Of a stretch of DNA of 64,000 nt, positions 1-15,567 are shown piece by piece (positions within the stretch are counted from its first letter, which is position 1; each line of letters begins with the position of its first letter). The DNA is from Eledone cirrhosa (taxonomy: Eukaryota): the NCBI GenBank assembly GCA_964016885.1, contig OZ024763.1, positions 23,560,001 to 23,624,000 of the forward strand, in the 5' to 3' direction. The translations under genes were made by a program, and so were the position numbers. The notes under the pieces were generated by a model that saw only the letters and a list, made by a program, of their open reading frames with translations, made no database searches and had not been told where the DNA came from.

Positions 1-3000
1 TTTACCTTACATATTATATATTATATATACAACAGCTATCATTACTAGGGCTTTACCTTACATATAATATATTATATATACAACAGCTATCATTACTGGG
101 GCTTTACCTTACATATTATATATTATATATTATTTATACAACAGCTATCAATACTAGGGCTTTACCATACATATTAGATATTATATATACAACAGCTATC
201 ATTACTAGGGCTTTACCTTACATATTATATATTATATATACAACAGCTATCATTACTGGGGCTTTACCTTACATATTATATATTATACATACAAAAGCTA
301 TCATTACTAGGGCTTTACCTTACATATTATATATTATATATACAACAGCTATCATTACTAGGGCTTTACCTTACATATTATATATTATATATACAACAGC
401 TATCATTACTAGGGCTTTACCTTACATATTATATATTATATATACAACAGCTATCATTACTAGGGTTTTACCTTACATATTATATATTATATATACAACA
501 GCTATCATTACAAGGGCTTTACCTTACATATTATATATTATATATACAACAGCTATCATTACTAGGGTTTTACCTTACATATTATATATTATATATACAA
601 CAGCTATCATTACTAGGGCTTTACATTACATATTATATATTATATATACAACAGCTATCAATACTAGGGCTTTACCATACATATTATATATTATTTATAC
701 AACAGCTATCAATACTAGGGCTTTACCTTACATATTATATATTATATATACAACAGCTATCATTACTGTGGCTTTACCTTACATATTATATATTATATAT
801 ACAACAGCTATCAATACTAGGGCTTTACCATACATATTATATATTATATATACAACAGCTATCATTACTAGGGCTTTACCATATATATTATATATTATAT
901 ATACAACAGCTATCATTACTGGGGCTTTACCTTACATATTATATATTATACATACAACAGCTATCATTACTGGGGCTTTACCTTACATATTATATATTAT
1001 ACATACAACAGCTATCATTACTGGGGCTTTACCTTACATATTATATATTATACATACAACAGCTATCATTACTGGGGCTTTACCTTACATATTATATATT
1101 ATATATACAACAGCTATCATTACTAGGGCTTTACCATACATATTATATATTATATATACAACAGCTATCATTACTAGGGCTTTACCTTACATATAATATA
1201 TTATATATTATATATACAACAGCTATCATTACTAGGGCTTTACCTTACATATTATATATTATATATACAACAGCTATCATTACTAGGGCTTTACCTTACA
1301 TATTATATATTATATATATAACAGCTATCATTACTAGGGCTTTACCTTACATATTATATATTATATATACAACAGCTATCATTACTGGGGCTTTACCTTA
1401 CATATTATATATTATATATACAACAGCTATCATTACTGGGGCTTTACCTTACATATTATATATTATACATACAACAGCTATCATTACTAGGGCTTTACCT
1501 TACATATTATATATTATATATTATATATTATATATACAACAGCTATCATTACTAGGGCTTTACCTTACATATTATATATTATATATACAACAGCTATCAT
1601 TACTAGGGCTTTACCATACATATTATATATTATATATACAACAGCTATCATTACTAGGGCTTTACCTTACATATTATATATTATATATACAACAGCTATC
1701 ATTACTAGGGCTTTACCTTACATATTATATATTATATATACAACAGCTATCATTACTGGGGCTTTACCTTACATATTATATATTATATATACAACAGCTA
1801 TCATTTCTGGGGCTTTACCTTACATATTATATATTATACATACAAAAGCTATCATTACTAGGGCTTTACCTTACATATTATATATTATATATACAACAGC
1901 TATCATTACTAGGGCTTTACCTTACATATTATATATTATATATACAACAGCTATCATTACTGGGGCTTTACCTTACATATTATATATTATACATACAACA
2001 GCTATCATTACTAGGGCTTTACCTTACATATTATATATTATATATTATATATACAACAGCTATCATTACTAGGGCTTTTTCTTACATATTATATATTATA
2101 TATACAACAGCTATCATTACTAGGGCTTTACCTTACATATTATATATTATATATACAACAGCTATCATTACTAGGGCTTTACCTTACATATTATATATTA
2201 TATATACAACAGCTATCATTACTAGGGCTTTACCATACATATTATATATTATATATACAACAGCTATCATTACTAGGGCTTTACCTTACATATTATATAT
2301 TATATATACAACAGCTATCATTACTAGGGCTTTACCATACATATTATATATTATATATACAACAGCTATCATTACTAGGGCTTTACCTTACATATTATAT
2401 ATTATATATACAACATCTATCATTACTAGGGCTTTACCATACATATTATATATTATATATACAACAGCTATCATTACTAGGGCTTTACCTTTCATATAAT
2501 ATATTATATATTATATATACAATAGCTATCATTACTAGGGCTTTACCTTACATATTATATATTATATATATAACAGCTATCATTACTAGGGCTTTACCTT
2601 ACATATTATATATTATATATACCACAGCTATCATTACTGGGGCTTTACCTTACATATTATATATTATACATACAACAGCTATCATTACTGGGGCTTTACA
2701 TTACATATTATATATTATATATACAACAGCTATCATTACTGGGGCTTTAACTTACATATTATATATTATACATACAACAGCTATCATTACTAGGGCTTTA
2801 CCTTACATATTATATATTATATATACAACAGCTATCATTACTAGGGCTTTACCTTACATATTATATATTATATATACAACAGCTATCATTACTGGGGCTT
2901 TACCTTACATATTATATATTATATATACAACAGCTATCATTACTGGGGCTTTAACTTACATATTATATATTATACATACAACAGCTATCATTACTAGGGC

Positions 3001-5880
3001 TTTACCTTACATATTATATATTATATATACAACAGCTATCATTACTAGGGCTTTACCTTACATATTATATATTATATATACAACAGCTATCATTACTAGG
3101 GCTTTACCTTACATATTATATATTATATATACAACAGCTATCATTACTAGGGCTTTACCTTACATATTATATATTATATATACAACAGCTATCATTACTG
3201 GGGCTTTAACTTACATATTATATATTATACATACAACAGCTATCATTACTAGGGCTTTACCTTACATATTATATATTATATATACAACAGCTATCATTAC
3301 TAGGGCTTTACCTTACATATTATATATTATATATACAACAGCTATCATTACTAGGGCTTTACCTTACATATTATATATTATATATACAACAGCTATCATT
3401 ATTAGGGCTTTACCTTACATATTATATATTATATATACAACAGCTATCATTACTGGGGCTTTACCTTACATATAATATATTATATATTATTTATACAACA
3501 GCTATCAATACTAGGGCTTTACCATACATATTAGATATTATATATACAACAGCTATCATTACTAGGGCTTTACCATATATATTATATATTATATATACAA
3601 CAGCTATTATTACTAGGGCTTTACCTTACATATTATATATTATATATACAACAGCTATCATTACTAGGGCTTTACCTTACATATTATATATTATATATAC
3701 AACAGCTATCATTACTGGGGCTTTACCTTACATATTATATATTATATATACAACAGCTATCATTACTAGGGCTTTACCTTACATATTATATATTATATAT
3801 ACAACAGCTATCATTACTAGGGCTTTACCTTACATATTATATATTATATATACAACAGCTATCATTACTAGGGCTTTACCTTACATATTATATATTATAT
3901 ATACAACAGCTATCATTACTGGGGCTTTACCTTACATATTATATATTATATATACAACAGCTATCATTACTAGGGCTTTACCTTACATATTATATATTAT
4001 ATATACAACAGCTATCATTACTAGGGCTTTACCATATATATTATATATTATATATACAACAGCTATTATTACTAGGGCTTTACCTTACATATTATATATT
4101 ATATATACAGCAGCTATCATTACTGGGGCTTTACCTTACATATTATATATTATATATACAACAGCTATCATTACTAGGGCTTTACCTTACATATTATATA
4201 TTATATATACAACAGCTATCATTACTAGGGCTTTACCTTACATATATATTATATATACAACAGCTATCATTACTAGGGCTTTACCATACATATTATATAT
4301 TATACATACAACAGCTATCATTACTAGGGCTTTACCTTACATATTATATATTATATATACAACAGCTATCATTACTGGGGCTTTACCTTACATATTATAT
4401 ATTATACATACAACAGCTATCATTACTAGGGCTTTACCTTACATATTATATATTATATATTATATATACAACAGCTATCATTACTAGGGCTTTATCTTAC
4501 ATATTATATATTATATATACAACAGCTATCATTTCTGGGGCTTTACCATACATATTATATATTATATATACAACAGCTATCATTACTAGGGCTTTACCTT
4601 ACATATTATATATTATACATACAACAGCTATCATTACTAGGGCTTTACCTTACATATTATATATTATATATACAACAGCTATCATTACTAGGGCTTTACC
4701 TTACATATTATATATTATATATACAACAGCTATCATTACTAGGGCTTTACCTTACATATTATATATTATATATACAACAGCTATCATTACTAGGGCTTTA
4801 CCTTACATATTATATATTATATATATAACAGCTATCATTACTAGGGCTTTACCTTACATATTATATATTATATATACAACAGCTATCATTACTAGGGCTT
4901 TACCTTACATATTATATATTATATATACAACAGCTATCATTACTAGGGCTTTACCTTACATATTATATATTATATATATAACAGCTATCATTACTAGGGC
5001 TTTACCTTACATATTATATATTATTTATACAACAGCTATCATTACTGGGGCTTTACCTTACATATTATATATTATATATACAACAGCTATCATTACTAGG
5101 GCTTTACCTTACATATTATATATTAAATATACAACAGCTATCATTACTGGGGCTTTACCTTACATATTATATATTATATATACAACAGCTATCATTACTG
5201 TGGCTTTACCTTACATATTATATATTATATATACAACAGCTATCATTACTAGGGCTTTACCTTACATATAATATATTATATATACAACAGCTATCATTAC
5301 TGGGGCTTTACCTTACATATTATATATTATATATTATTTATACAACAGCTATCAATACTAGGGCTTTACCATACATATTAGATATTATATATACAACAGC
5401 TATCATTACTGTGGCTTTACCTTACATATTATATATTATATATACAACAGCTATCATTACTGTGGCTTTACCTTACATATTATATATTATATATACAACA
5501 GCTATCATTACTAGGGCTTTACCATACATATTATATATTATTTATACAACAGCTATCAATACTAGGGCTTTACCTTACATATTATATATTATATATACAA
5601 CAGCTATCATTACTAGGGCTTTACCTTACATATTATATATTATATATACAACAGCTATCATTACTGGGGCTTTACCTTACATATTAGATATTATATATAC
5701 AACAGCTATCATTACTGGGGCTTTACCTTACATATTATATATTATATATACAACAGCTATCATTACTAGGGCTTTACCTTACATATTATATATTAAATAT
5801 ACAACAGCTATCATAACTGGGGCTTTACCTTACATATTATATATTATATATACAACAGCTATCATTACTGGGGCTTTAAC
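1..5880. repeat. 51-bp tandem satellite (TTTACCTTACATATTATATATTATATATACAACAGCTATCATTACTAGGGC)n, over 110 copies, runs off the left edge
   Basis: Unit read directly. Few substitutions, with occasional +/-7 bp ATATATT slippage. Confidence 0.98.
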
Positions 5881-5883
5881 ATA

Positions 5884-6358
5884 GAGCGTCGAACAACATG
5901 CTTTACAGCGTAGTTATGGGCCTTTACGGTCTGAGTTCAAATCCCGCCGAGGTTAACTTTGTCTTTCAGCCGTACATTACCGATAAAATAAAGTACCAGT
6001 AATGTACTCAGATAATTGCTGGCTTTGTGCCAAAAGTAGAAACAATTATATATTATATAGAACAGCATAGATTTACTGCTCTTTACGATCTGAGTTCAAA
6101 TCTCACCGAGGTTATGACTTTCCCCTCCTCCCAAATTACTGGCCTTGTGCCTATATAAGAAACCATTATCGGTGGATTGGTAGTATCGGTAGAGGGTCGG
6201 ACGCCATGCTTTCCAGCATAGTTACGTTCCTTTACGATCTGAGTTCAAATCCCGCCGAGGTTGACTTTGCCTTTCATCCTTACGGGGTCGATAAAATAAA
6301 GTACCAGTAATGCACTGGGTAATTGCTGGCCTTGTGCCTAAAGTAGAAACAATTATAT
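5884..6358 (+). mobile_element. Three tandem copies (two partial) of a tRNA-derived SINE with a Nin/Deu-like central domain
   Basis: B-box-like GAGTTCAAATCC, core GCCTTTCATCCTTACGGGGTCGATAAAATAAAGTACCAG and 3' GGCCTTGTGCCTAAAGTAGAAACAATTAT. The 6171-6358 copy is nearly identical to 9764-9950. Confidence 0.8.
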
Positions 6359-6456
6359 AGAGAACAGGAAAAATTATCCTTTCCACCCCACCTCAAGCCG
6401 CTTATTCAAACATCCCCTATTATTTGGGACCCGAAGGTTGAGTGATGGGTGAGTGA

Positions 6457-6685
6457 AGGCGTGTGGGCGAGTAGTTAGAGGATTCGATTCGAAATCGTGA
6501 GGTTGTGATTTCGATTCCCGGTCCGGGCGATGCGTTATGTCCTTGAGCAAGACACTTTATTTCATGCTGCTCCTTCTACCTGGATTTGCGACCGATAGAT
6601 AGTATTAGCAATAGGAAAGACCAATGGAAACATTGTTTCCTCGGTCCGATTTGACGAAAGTCGATCGACTGACAAGTTAGATCTC
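6457..6685 (+). mobile_element. Second tRNA-derived SINE family copy
   Basis: A-box-like GGCGAGTAGTTAG, B-box-like ATTTCGATTCC, then TGTCCTTGAGCAAGACACTT. The body matches the 95-bp minisatellite at 45685-46450 in reverse. Confidence 0.65.
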
Positions 6686-6949
6686 AAACGATATCACATT
6701 TTTTAAAAAACACATTGTATATTTGGTATTTGATATTGTGAGCAGCAGTCATTATTATAGCTATGGCTCGGCTCATGTTATATTTTTGATATCTCATATA
6801 GCGAAGAAGAATAATCACCATGGCTTTAACATTGATATCACATGTTTGATATTCCATGTTGAGAACAGCCGCCATTAATGTAGCTACAACATATATTATA
6901 TATTTGATATTTCCTATGAAGTATGACAGCCATCAGTGGGACTACATAC

Positions 6950-7164
6950 ATATTTTATATATATATATATGTATGTGTGTATGTGTGTGTGTGTGTGTAT
7001 ATATATATGTGTGTGTGTGTATGTGTGTATGCGTGTATCTATATGTATATATATGTGTGTATATATGCGTATATATGTGTATATTTATGTATATGTCTGT
7101 GTATGTATGTGTATGTATGTATATATATGGAGAGGTATGTATATATATATTTATATATATGCAT

Positions 7165-7204
<40 letters not shown>

Positions 7205-7261
7205 GTATATGTGTGTGTGTGTATATATGTGTGTGTATATGTATGTATGTGTATATATGTG

Positions 7262-7332
<71 letters not shown>

Positions 7333-7462
7333 GTATGTATGAATATATATTTGTATATGTATGTATGTGTGTATGTGTGTATGTATGTGTGTGTGTATAT
7401 GTATATATGTGTATATATATTGTGTGTGTGTGTATGTGTATATATATGTGTATATGTATATT

Positions 7463-7495
<33 letters not shown>

Positions 7496-7501
7496 GTATA
7501 T

Positions 7502-7535
<34 letters not shown>

Positions 7536-7589
7536 ATGTGTGTATATATGTGTATGTATTTGTGTATATGTATGTATGTGTGTGTGTGT

Positions 7590-7680
<91 letters not shown>

Positions 7681-7709
7681 TATATGTATGAATGGTGTAT
7701 CTCTCTCTC

Positions 7710-7743
<34 letters not shown>

Positions 7744-7781
7744 TATGTATGTATGGTGCTTTTTCCTTGTATATGTGTATA

Positions 7782-7828
<47 letters not shown>

Positions 7829-7873
7829 GTGTATGTGTGTGTATGTATATGTATATATTTGTTTATGTATATA

Positions 7874-7958
<85 letters not shown>

Positions 7959-7975
7959 TTGTGTGTATGTGTGTG

Positions 7976-8016
<41 letters not shown>

Positions 8017-8046
8017 ATATATATGTGTGTATTTTATATATATATG

Positions 8047-8077
<31 letters not shown>

Positions 8078-8275
8078 GTGTGTATATGGATATATATATA
8101 TATATTATATATATATATATATATGTGTATATATATGTATATATATATGTGTATATATGTATGTGTATGTGTATATATATGTATATGTATACACATGTAT
8201 ATCTGTGTGTATGTATGTATGTGTGTGAGTGTATATATATGTGTATATATGTGTGTGTGTGTGTATATATATGTA

Positions 8276-8332
<57 letters not shown>

Positions 8333-8460
8333 GTGTGTATATATATGTGTATATAAATATATTTATATATGTGTGGGGTTTTTTTTAATGTGTGTATATG
8401 TGTATGTGTATGTGTGTTTATGGTTGCGCGCGAGTGTGTGAGTGAGTGTGTTTTTTTGTG
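6950..8460. repeat. Compound (AT)n/(GT)n/(ATGT)n microsatellite
   Basis: Direct inspection; representative of many such tracts across the window. Confidence 0.95.
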
Positions 8461-8909
8461 AATGTGTCTGTTGATTTTTGGCATATAGTTGATTAGTTTA
8501 AGAGAAGTTCGAAGATAATTGTAAGATATGCAGTCAGTATTTTGAATCTGTCTACAGAATTCTCTAAACCTTTGTCACTTAGTAGAACCTTAATGAATTT
8601 AGCTTTTAAAGAATCTCCCTTTCCTTTAATTCTATCTACCATGACTGACCCCCCACTGATCTTATAGACATCTGTTAGCTTAAGAGAAACTTATTGACAA
8701 GGAATGGTATGCCATCCGGAACCTGTTTATAGAATTCTGTCTGCCTTTGTTATTCTAAAAACAAAAATTAAAAATAAACTATAGCTTTGTAGAATTAGCT
8801 TTTAATGAATTCCCTTTTCTATCAACCAATGACCTACACCCATCCCAATCCCCACCCTCTCCTACCACTTGTAGAGACCTATAAATACCATATTTATTTT
8901 TTGATACCC

Positions 8910-8960
8910 AGATTCCTGATGAATTCTAAAGAATGAAACAGTTCTAGTCCTGTAGAATCT
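8910..8960 (+). ncRNA. Type I hammerhead ribozyme in a Penelope-like pLTR remnant (about 8490-9043)
   Basis: Stem I AGATTC/GAATCT, core CTGATGA, stem II ATTC-TAAA-GAAT, GAAA, stem III ACAG..CTGT, GUA cleavage triplet. Confidence 0.85.
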
Positions 8961-9043
8961 CATCTATATTAAAACTTTTATACTCTGCAATGTATTGAGT
9001 ACCTTACTTACTGTGGTTACCTCCGATTCAACCCGGAATAACG

Positions 9044-9074
<31 letters not shown>

Positions 9075-9248
9075 CATAAATATATGCATATATATATATA
9101 TGTATATATGCACACGTTTATATAAACATAAAGTGGGACTCATACACCCCCCACACATATATATATATATGTATATATATGTATATATATGTATATATAT
9201 ATATATATATGTATATATACACACGTATATATAAATATATATACACAT

Positions 9249-9327
<79 letters not shown>

Positions 9328-9379
9328 TCACATATATATTCACACATAAACATATATATGCATGTATGTTTATATACAT

Positions 9380-9462
<83 letters not shown>

Positions 9463-9763
9463 GAGAGAGAGAGACTTGATATTTCATATAAATAACAGCA
9501 GTCATTACTATATCTACAACACAGATATCATATATTTAATATTTCCTATAGAGAGCAGCTTTCATAGCCGACGATTTATCATAGGTATATAAGCTATATA
9601 TATCTATGATATATATATTGCTAGCTATATATATATATGGGTTGAGGAAGGCGAGGCTGTGTGGTTACTGATAACGAGTGTTAGAAGGTAAAGCGACACA
9701 AACAAGAGATGGAAAGTTTCCCTTCGTCAGCTGTTTATTACGGGTCATAGTTGTTTCGGTGCT

Positions 9764-9950
9764 GGTGGATTGGCAGTATCAGTAGAGGGTCGGACGCCAT
9801 GCTTTCCAGCATAGTTACGTCCCTTTACGATCTGAGTTCAAATCTCGCCGAGGTTAACTTTGCCTTTCATCCTTACGGGGTCGATAAAATAAAGTACCAG
9901 TAATGCACTGGGTAATTGCTGGCCTTGTGCCTAAAGTAGAAACAATTATA
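9764..9950 (+). mobile_element. tRNA-derived Nin/Deu-domain-like SINE, full copy
   Basis: Near-identical to 6171-6358. Confidence 0.85.
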
Positions 9951-10415
9951 AACAGAACATCGATCCATAGCGCGCTCATGGCCTTTTATTTATCCAAAAG
10001 CCTCGAGAGAAAGAAGTGATAGTGAAGAAAGAGAAAGAAAGAAAACAGGGAAGTAGAAAAGAAGGAAAAAAACGAAGTAAACATACCGATAGAAGGGGGA
10101 ACACAGGACAATGGCACATGTATGTGAGTAACCGAAGAGAAAAGTTAAACCAAGCCGTGATATCAGAGGAGCTAGGTAGGTCCGTGGCGATTCTCACTAA
10201 AGTTAGTGTAGAGAGAGAAAGAAGGAGAAACCGGAAGTGAGAGGGGGTAGAGGATAGAGGGGGTGAGTAAGAGGGATAGAGAGATAGATAGGGGGAGGGG
10301 AAGGGAGTTAATCCAAAGGGGTTTACGACGCACGTGCAACCGAGGCCGAAAAACAAGCCAATGGCTAGAGCTAGATAGATAGAGAGAAAGAGAGCTAGGG
10401 AGATAGAGGGAAATA

Positions 10416-10474
<59 letters not shown>

Positions 10475-11793
10475 GGTGGGGAGGGAGTTGATCCAAAATC
10501 GTGGCGGGACATAAGTCCGACTAGGAACAACAAATCGAGCGAGACAGGTTCTACGTATCGGACGGGTGTCCTTCACCAGAAAAGTTCGCATAAAGGTAAC
10601 AGGTAGTTACATGAAAGTAGTGTATACCAGGCATGCCTAACATGCGGCCCTTTACAAGCACACTTGCGGCCCGCACAAAGGTTTTTACAGCGCGAGCGTA
10701 ATATAAAATAAAAAATATTAGTTGTAATGTGCACAACTAGTTGTCGTGTGTGACCCTCGAGAGACCCTCAGTTTGACCTGTCTGATGTAGATATAGGGGT
10801 GGCTAACATATCTGACCCATGTGGCCCTCAAACAACACATATGTGACCCTTGTGGCCCTCGGGGGGCCCTTACTTTGATATGCCTGGTGTACACAGTCAA
10901 TAGAATTAGATATATAACCAGATAACTATACACACACATGGAGTGGCAACCACACACACGCACACACACACGCACTAACAAATATACACAGACACACACG
11001 CTCAAACACACAAACCAACACATACATACACACTGTCACAGACACACACACAAGCACAGACAAGCAAATATGTACACACACACATACATACATACAAACA
11101 CACACATACAGACTAACAAATATTCACAAACACACACACATGAACCAACACCCAAAACTGACAAAATCACCACCACCACACCACCACTACTACCACCATC
11201 ACCACTACCACCACTACCACCGCTAATACTACTACTAGTACAAGCAACACCACCACCACTACTACTATCATCACCACCATTCTCACTACTACCACCACCA
11301 CTACCACTACTACCACCATTATCACTACTACCGCCACCACTACCACCACTACTACCAGCACCACCACAATTATCACTACTACCATCACCATTCTCACTAT
11401 TAACACAACCACCACCACTAATACTACTATCACCACCATCACTATTATTACTACCAGCACCAGCACCAACACCCCCACCACCACCACTACTACCACCACC
11501 ATAACTACTACAAAACACTCCAAACGTTGTGTTTTTATGACATTATTCTGTTCAAACGAGAGCATTTCAAGAGATACCTCCACAAACTTGTCATCAATTA
11601 TCAAACCGTCACATTCTGCCGACAGCAAATTCGCCGCCATTTTGAAAAGCATTTTTTCTCTCGTGTTTTTAAATTTTACTTCATTATTTTACACTATTTT
11701 ATACTATTTTATATTATTTTATTATTATGTCAGCCCTTGTAACCAATAAAGAAATCATTATTATTATTAATACCACTACCACTACTACTACTA

Positions 11794-11846
<53 letters not shown>

Positions 11847-12166
11847 TGCTGTGTTATGATTTGTTAACCTTCTATACGTCATTTCCGACTAGTTATTTTT
11901 TATTTAAATTTCATGTTTAGTAATTTGTTAAGTTGTTGTTATTATTGTTGATTTTGTTATTTTTCATTTTTTAAATATTATATTATGTTATATATATATG
12001 TGTTTTTTTTTGTATTTCGATTTTGTGTTAAACTTGTATCCGCCGCCATTTTAACAAAACCTGTTCACAAATGTTTTTTTTTCTTGTGTGTGTGGGTGTT
12101 GTGTGTGTCTTTTTTTTTTTTTATTAATTTTTATTGGTTTTTGTAATTTATTTTTGTTTAATGATG

Positions 12167-12218
<52 letters not shown>

Positions 12219-13499
12219 TGATGATGATGATGAAACGATATCAACAGCTACTTCAGTACCAACAGCCACTTCAACAAGAACAACAACAACCACTTCTGGA
12301 ACAACAACAACAATAACAACAGCTATGATTTACACCGTATTTTTTCAAAAATTAAAAAAAAGATCGAACAAAATACAAGCTTAGTCGATAATGAAATCCT
12401 TGATAAGCAATGGCGGCGGTGGTGTCGTAGGTGATCGTGGTGTTGGTGGTTTGTAACGGAGGTGGTGTTGGTGATGGTGGTGGACGGTGGTCACGGATGT
12501 GGTGGTGGCCTGTGGTGTTGATGGTGGTGGACGGTGGTCACGGATGTGGTGGTGACTGGTGGTGTTGATGGTAGTGGTGGTGGCATGGCGGTGTCGGTGG
12601 CGGTGGTAGGCGGTGGCGGTGGTAGGCGGTGGCGGTGTCGGTGGTGGTGGTAGGCGGTGGGAGAGGAGTGCATGATGATCCGATAATTATTTCTGAAGCA
12701 CCTTTGATCATAGAACTGCTCAGACAAGACTGACCCAGGGCTAAACAACACCAACAACAACAAAAACAACAACCACTACCGTCACAACCATCACCAAAAC
12801 AACAACCACTACCACCACCATCACCACCATCACGACAACCATAACCACTACAACAGCCACTGCAACAACCACAACAATAACAACAACAATAACTATACTA
12901 ATTATAACCGAGAAATAATACAACAAATGTTTATACAGCGTGTGTTAGTGTGTATGTGGTAGTGTGTATGTGTGTAAGTGTGTGTGTTTTAGTGTGTTAG
13001 TGTATGTCAGTGTGTCTGTGTATCGTTTAGTGTGTTTGTGCGCGCGCGCGTTATTGTGTATGTGTTAGTGTGTGTGAGTATGTGTGTGAGAGTGTGTGTG
13101 TTAGTATGTGTATGTGTGTTAATGTGTAGTGTTAGTGTGTGAGTATGTGTGTTAATGGGTATGTGTATGCGTGTTTGTGTGTGTGTGTGCGTGTGTGTGT
13201 TAGTGTGAGTGTTTGTGTGTATATGTGAGTATATGTGTTAGTGTGAGTGTGTGTTAATGTGTGTGTGTGTGCTAGTGTGTGTATGTTTGTTTGCTAGTGT
13301 ATGTATATGTGTGTGTAATGCCGACTAAATTGAAGGCCGGTACATGAGAAGCACTTTATTTTATTGCTCCATGGGAGGATAAAAGTTAAAACCGATCTCG
13401 GAGGGATCTGAAGTGAAAAACCATAAACGAACAAAACTGAATATCGTTTCGTTTCTTGCTTGTCTCCGTGTGTTCCGAGTTCAAATCCCACCCCTCGTT

Positions 13500-14540
13500 A
13501 CTTGAATAAAAGCTGTGAAATTTCAGACAGGACTTACTACAGGCAGGTACAGATTTTACGGACAAAACCAGCCGACAGGAGACCCAGGGGGTAGTCCATG
13601 AGCAAGATGGTTGAATAACATTCATGAGCTTGCCTGGTCTCGATTGGGCATTCGGGCCGGTTCAGTTGGAAACGGTTGCTTCTGACATAACCCGCCAAAC
13701 ACTCCTTCCAGCAGGTCTTGTTAGAAGCAACCATCTCCAACTGATTCAGCCGGATCCCCAAGCGTGACCAACCAAGCTCATGGATGTTATCCAATCATAT
13801 TGCTCGGGGTCTACGCCTGGGTCTCGCGCCAGTTGGTTTTGCCCGTAAAATCTGTCCAGTGATTCTTTTCTGAGACATTCTAACCACATGTCCATAGTAT
13901 CGGAGCTATGATCTCTCAATTTGGAGAAGTAGCAGCTCTACCTGGAGTGACTCGCTGATCTCCGACCTACAAATCTGTCCAGTGATTCTTTCCTGAGAAC
14001 ATTTTAACCACATGCCCATAGTATCGGAGCTGTGATCTCTCAATTGGGAGAAGTAGCAGCTCTACCTGGAGTGACTCTCTGATCTCCGAGCTACAAATCT
14101 GTCCAGTGATTCTTTCCTGGGACATTCTAACCACATGCCCATAGTATCCGAGCTGTGATCTCTCAGTTCGGAGAAGTAGTGGCTCTACCTGGAGTGACTC
14201 TCTGATCTCCGAGCTACAAATCTGTCCAGTGATTCTTTCCTGAGACATTCTAACCACATGTGCATAGTATCCGAGCTGTCATCTCTCAATTTGGAGAAGT
14301 AGCAGCTCTACCTGGAGTGACTCTCTGATCTCCAAGCTACAAATCTGTCCAGTGATTCTTTCCTGAGACATTCTAACCACATGTCCATAGTATCGGAGTT
14401 GTGATCTCTCAATTGGGAGAAGTAGCAGCTCTACCTGGAGTGATTCTCTGATCTCCAAGCTACAAATCTGTCCAGCGATTCTTTCCTGAGACATTCTAAC
14501 CACATGCCCATAGTATCGGTGCTGTGATCTCTCAATTCAG
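13500..14540 (-). mobile_element. RTE-clade LINE 3' fragment with about 5.5 tandem 123-bp copies of its ORF segment
   Basis: Translations IRESLQVEPLLLRIERSQLRYYGHVVRM and the following RPRRRPR...W.DNI..LGWSRLGI are typical of RTE ORF C-termini. Confidence 0.8.
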
Positions 14541-15043
14541 ACAAGTGGTGTCTCTCTCTACATAAAAAACCTCTTGAGAGCATTGACCATTCAATGAGAG
14601 AGAGAGAGAGGGATGGAAAGAGGGAGAGAGAGAGGGGAGAGAGAGGGAGAGAGAGGGGGAGAGAGAGGGGGTGGAGAGATAGAGGGGGAAAGAGAGAGAG
14701 AGAGAGAGACAGAGGTGATATTTCTGCTCCGGTGAAAATGAAACAGGTTAATCTGCGACTGTGTGGAATTGTGCAGTTGTGACTTCAATTTGTTCAATAG
14801 ATAAAACAAAACGTTATTTATGTAGTTAGACAAATGATATTGTATTTGTAGCAACAGTTAGTGATATATATATATTTGTGTGTATATATATATATATTTA
14901 TACACATATATCTATACATATATATATATATCCATATATATGTGTGTGTGGGTGTATGAATGTATGTATATATATAATATATATGTATATATATATATGT
15001 ATATGTATATATTTAATTTATATATATATATATATATATATAT

Positions 15044-15086
<43 letters not shown>

Positions 15087-15111
15087 AATATATATACAAA
15101 TATATATATAT

Positions 15112-15197
<86 letters not shown>

Positions 15198-15199
<2 letters not shown>

Positions 15200-15567
15200 A
15201 GTTTATGTTGGTTGTATACCAACACCTCAGTATGCAGGCTGGAGCACTCGACGAAGTGCCCAGGCTGGTTTGGTTACTCCGGAGTAGTGTAAAATAAAGT
15301 CAAATAAAAGTCAAATGATTAAAATTTAGCTTCGTTTATTACTGCTATATATATTTCAGTGACAGCCATCTTTGGCTGTGACCTCTTCAGGCAGTTTGAA
15401 TTAGTATGGTATAGACAATATTATACACCTAAACAACATATGTACTTGTCTATACCATACTAATTCAAACTGCCTGAAGAGGTCACAGCCAAAGATGGCT
15501 GTCACTGAAATATATATAGCAGTAATAAACGAAGCTAAATTTTAATCATTTGACTTTTATTTGACTT

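Noticed and set aside
1-5880. CRISPR-like regular repeat
   Set aside because: No unique spacers, no cas genes, and a eukaryotic context.
768-5884. ORFs with 17-aa repeats (ALPYILYIIYTTAIITR)
   Set aside because: Translation of a 51-bp satellite whose length is divisible by 3; broken by 7-bp indels.
6457-6530. tRNA gene
   Set aside because: Only degenerate A/B-box similarity, continuing into a SINE body; no cloverleaf.
11520-11650. Possible first exon MAANLLSAECDG... on the - strand (AAAATGGCGGCG)
   Set aside because: No recognisable homology or clear donor; runs into low-complexity repeat. Similar CCGCCATTTT words occur elsewhere (about 12043).
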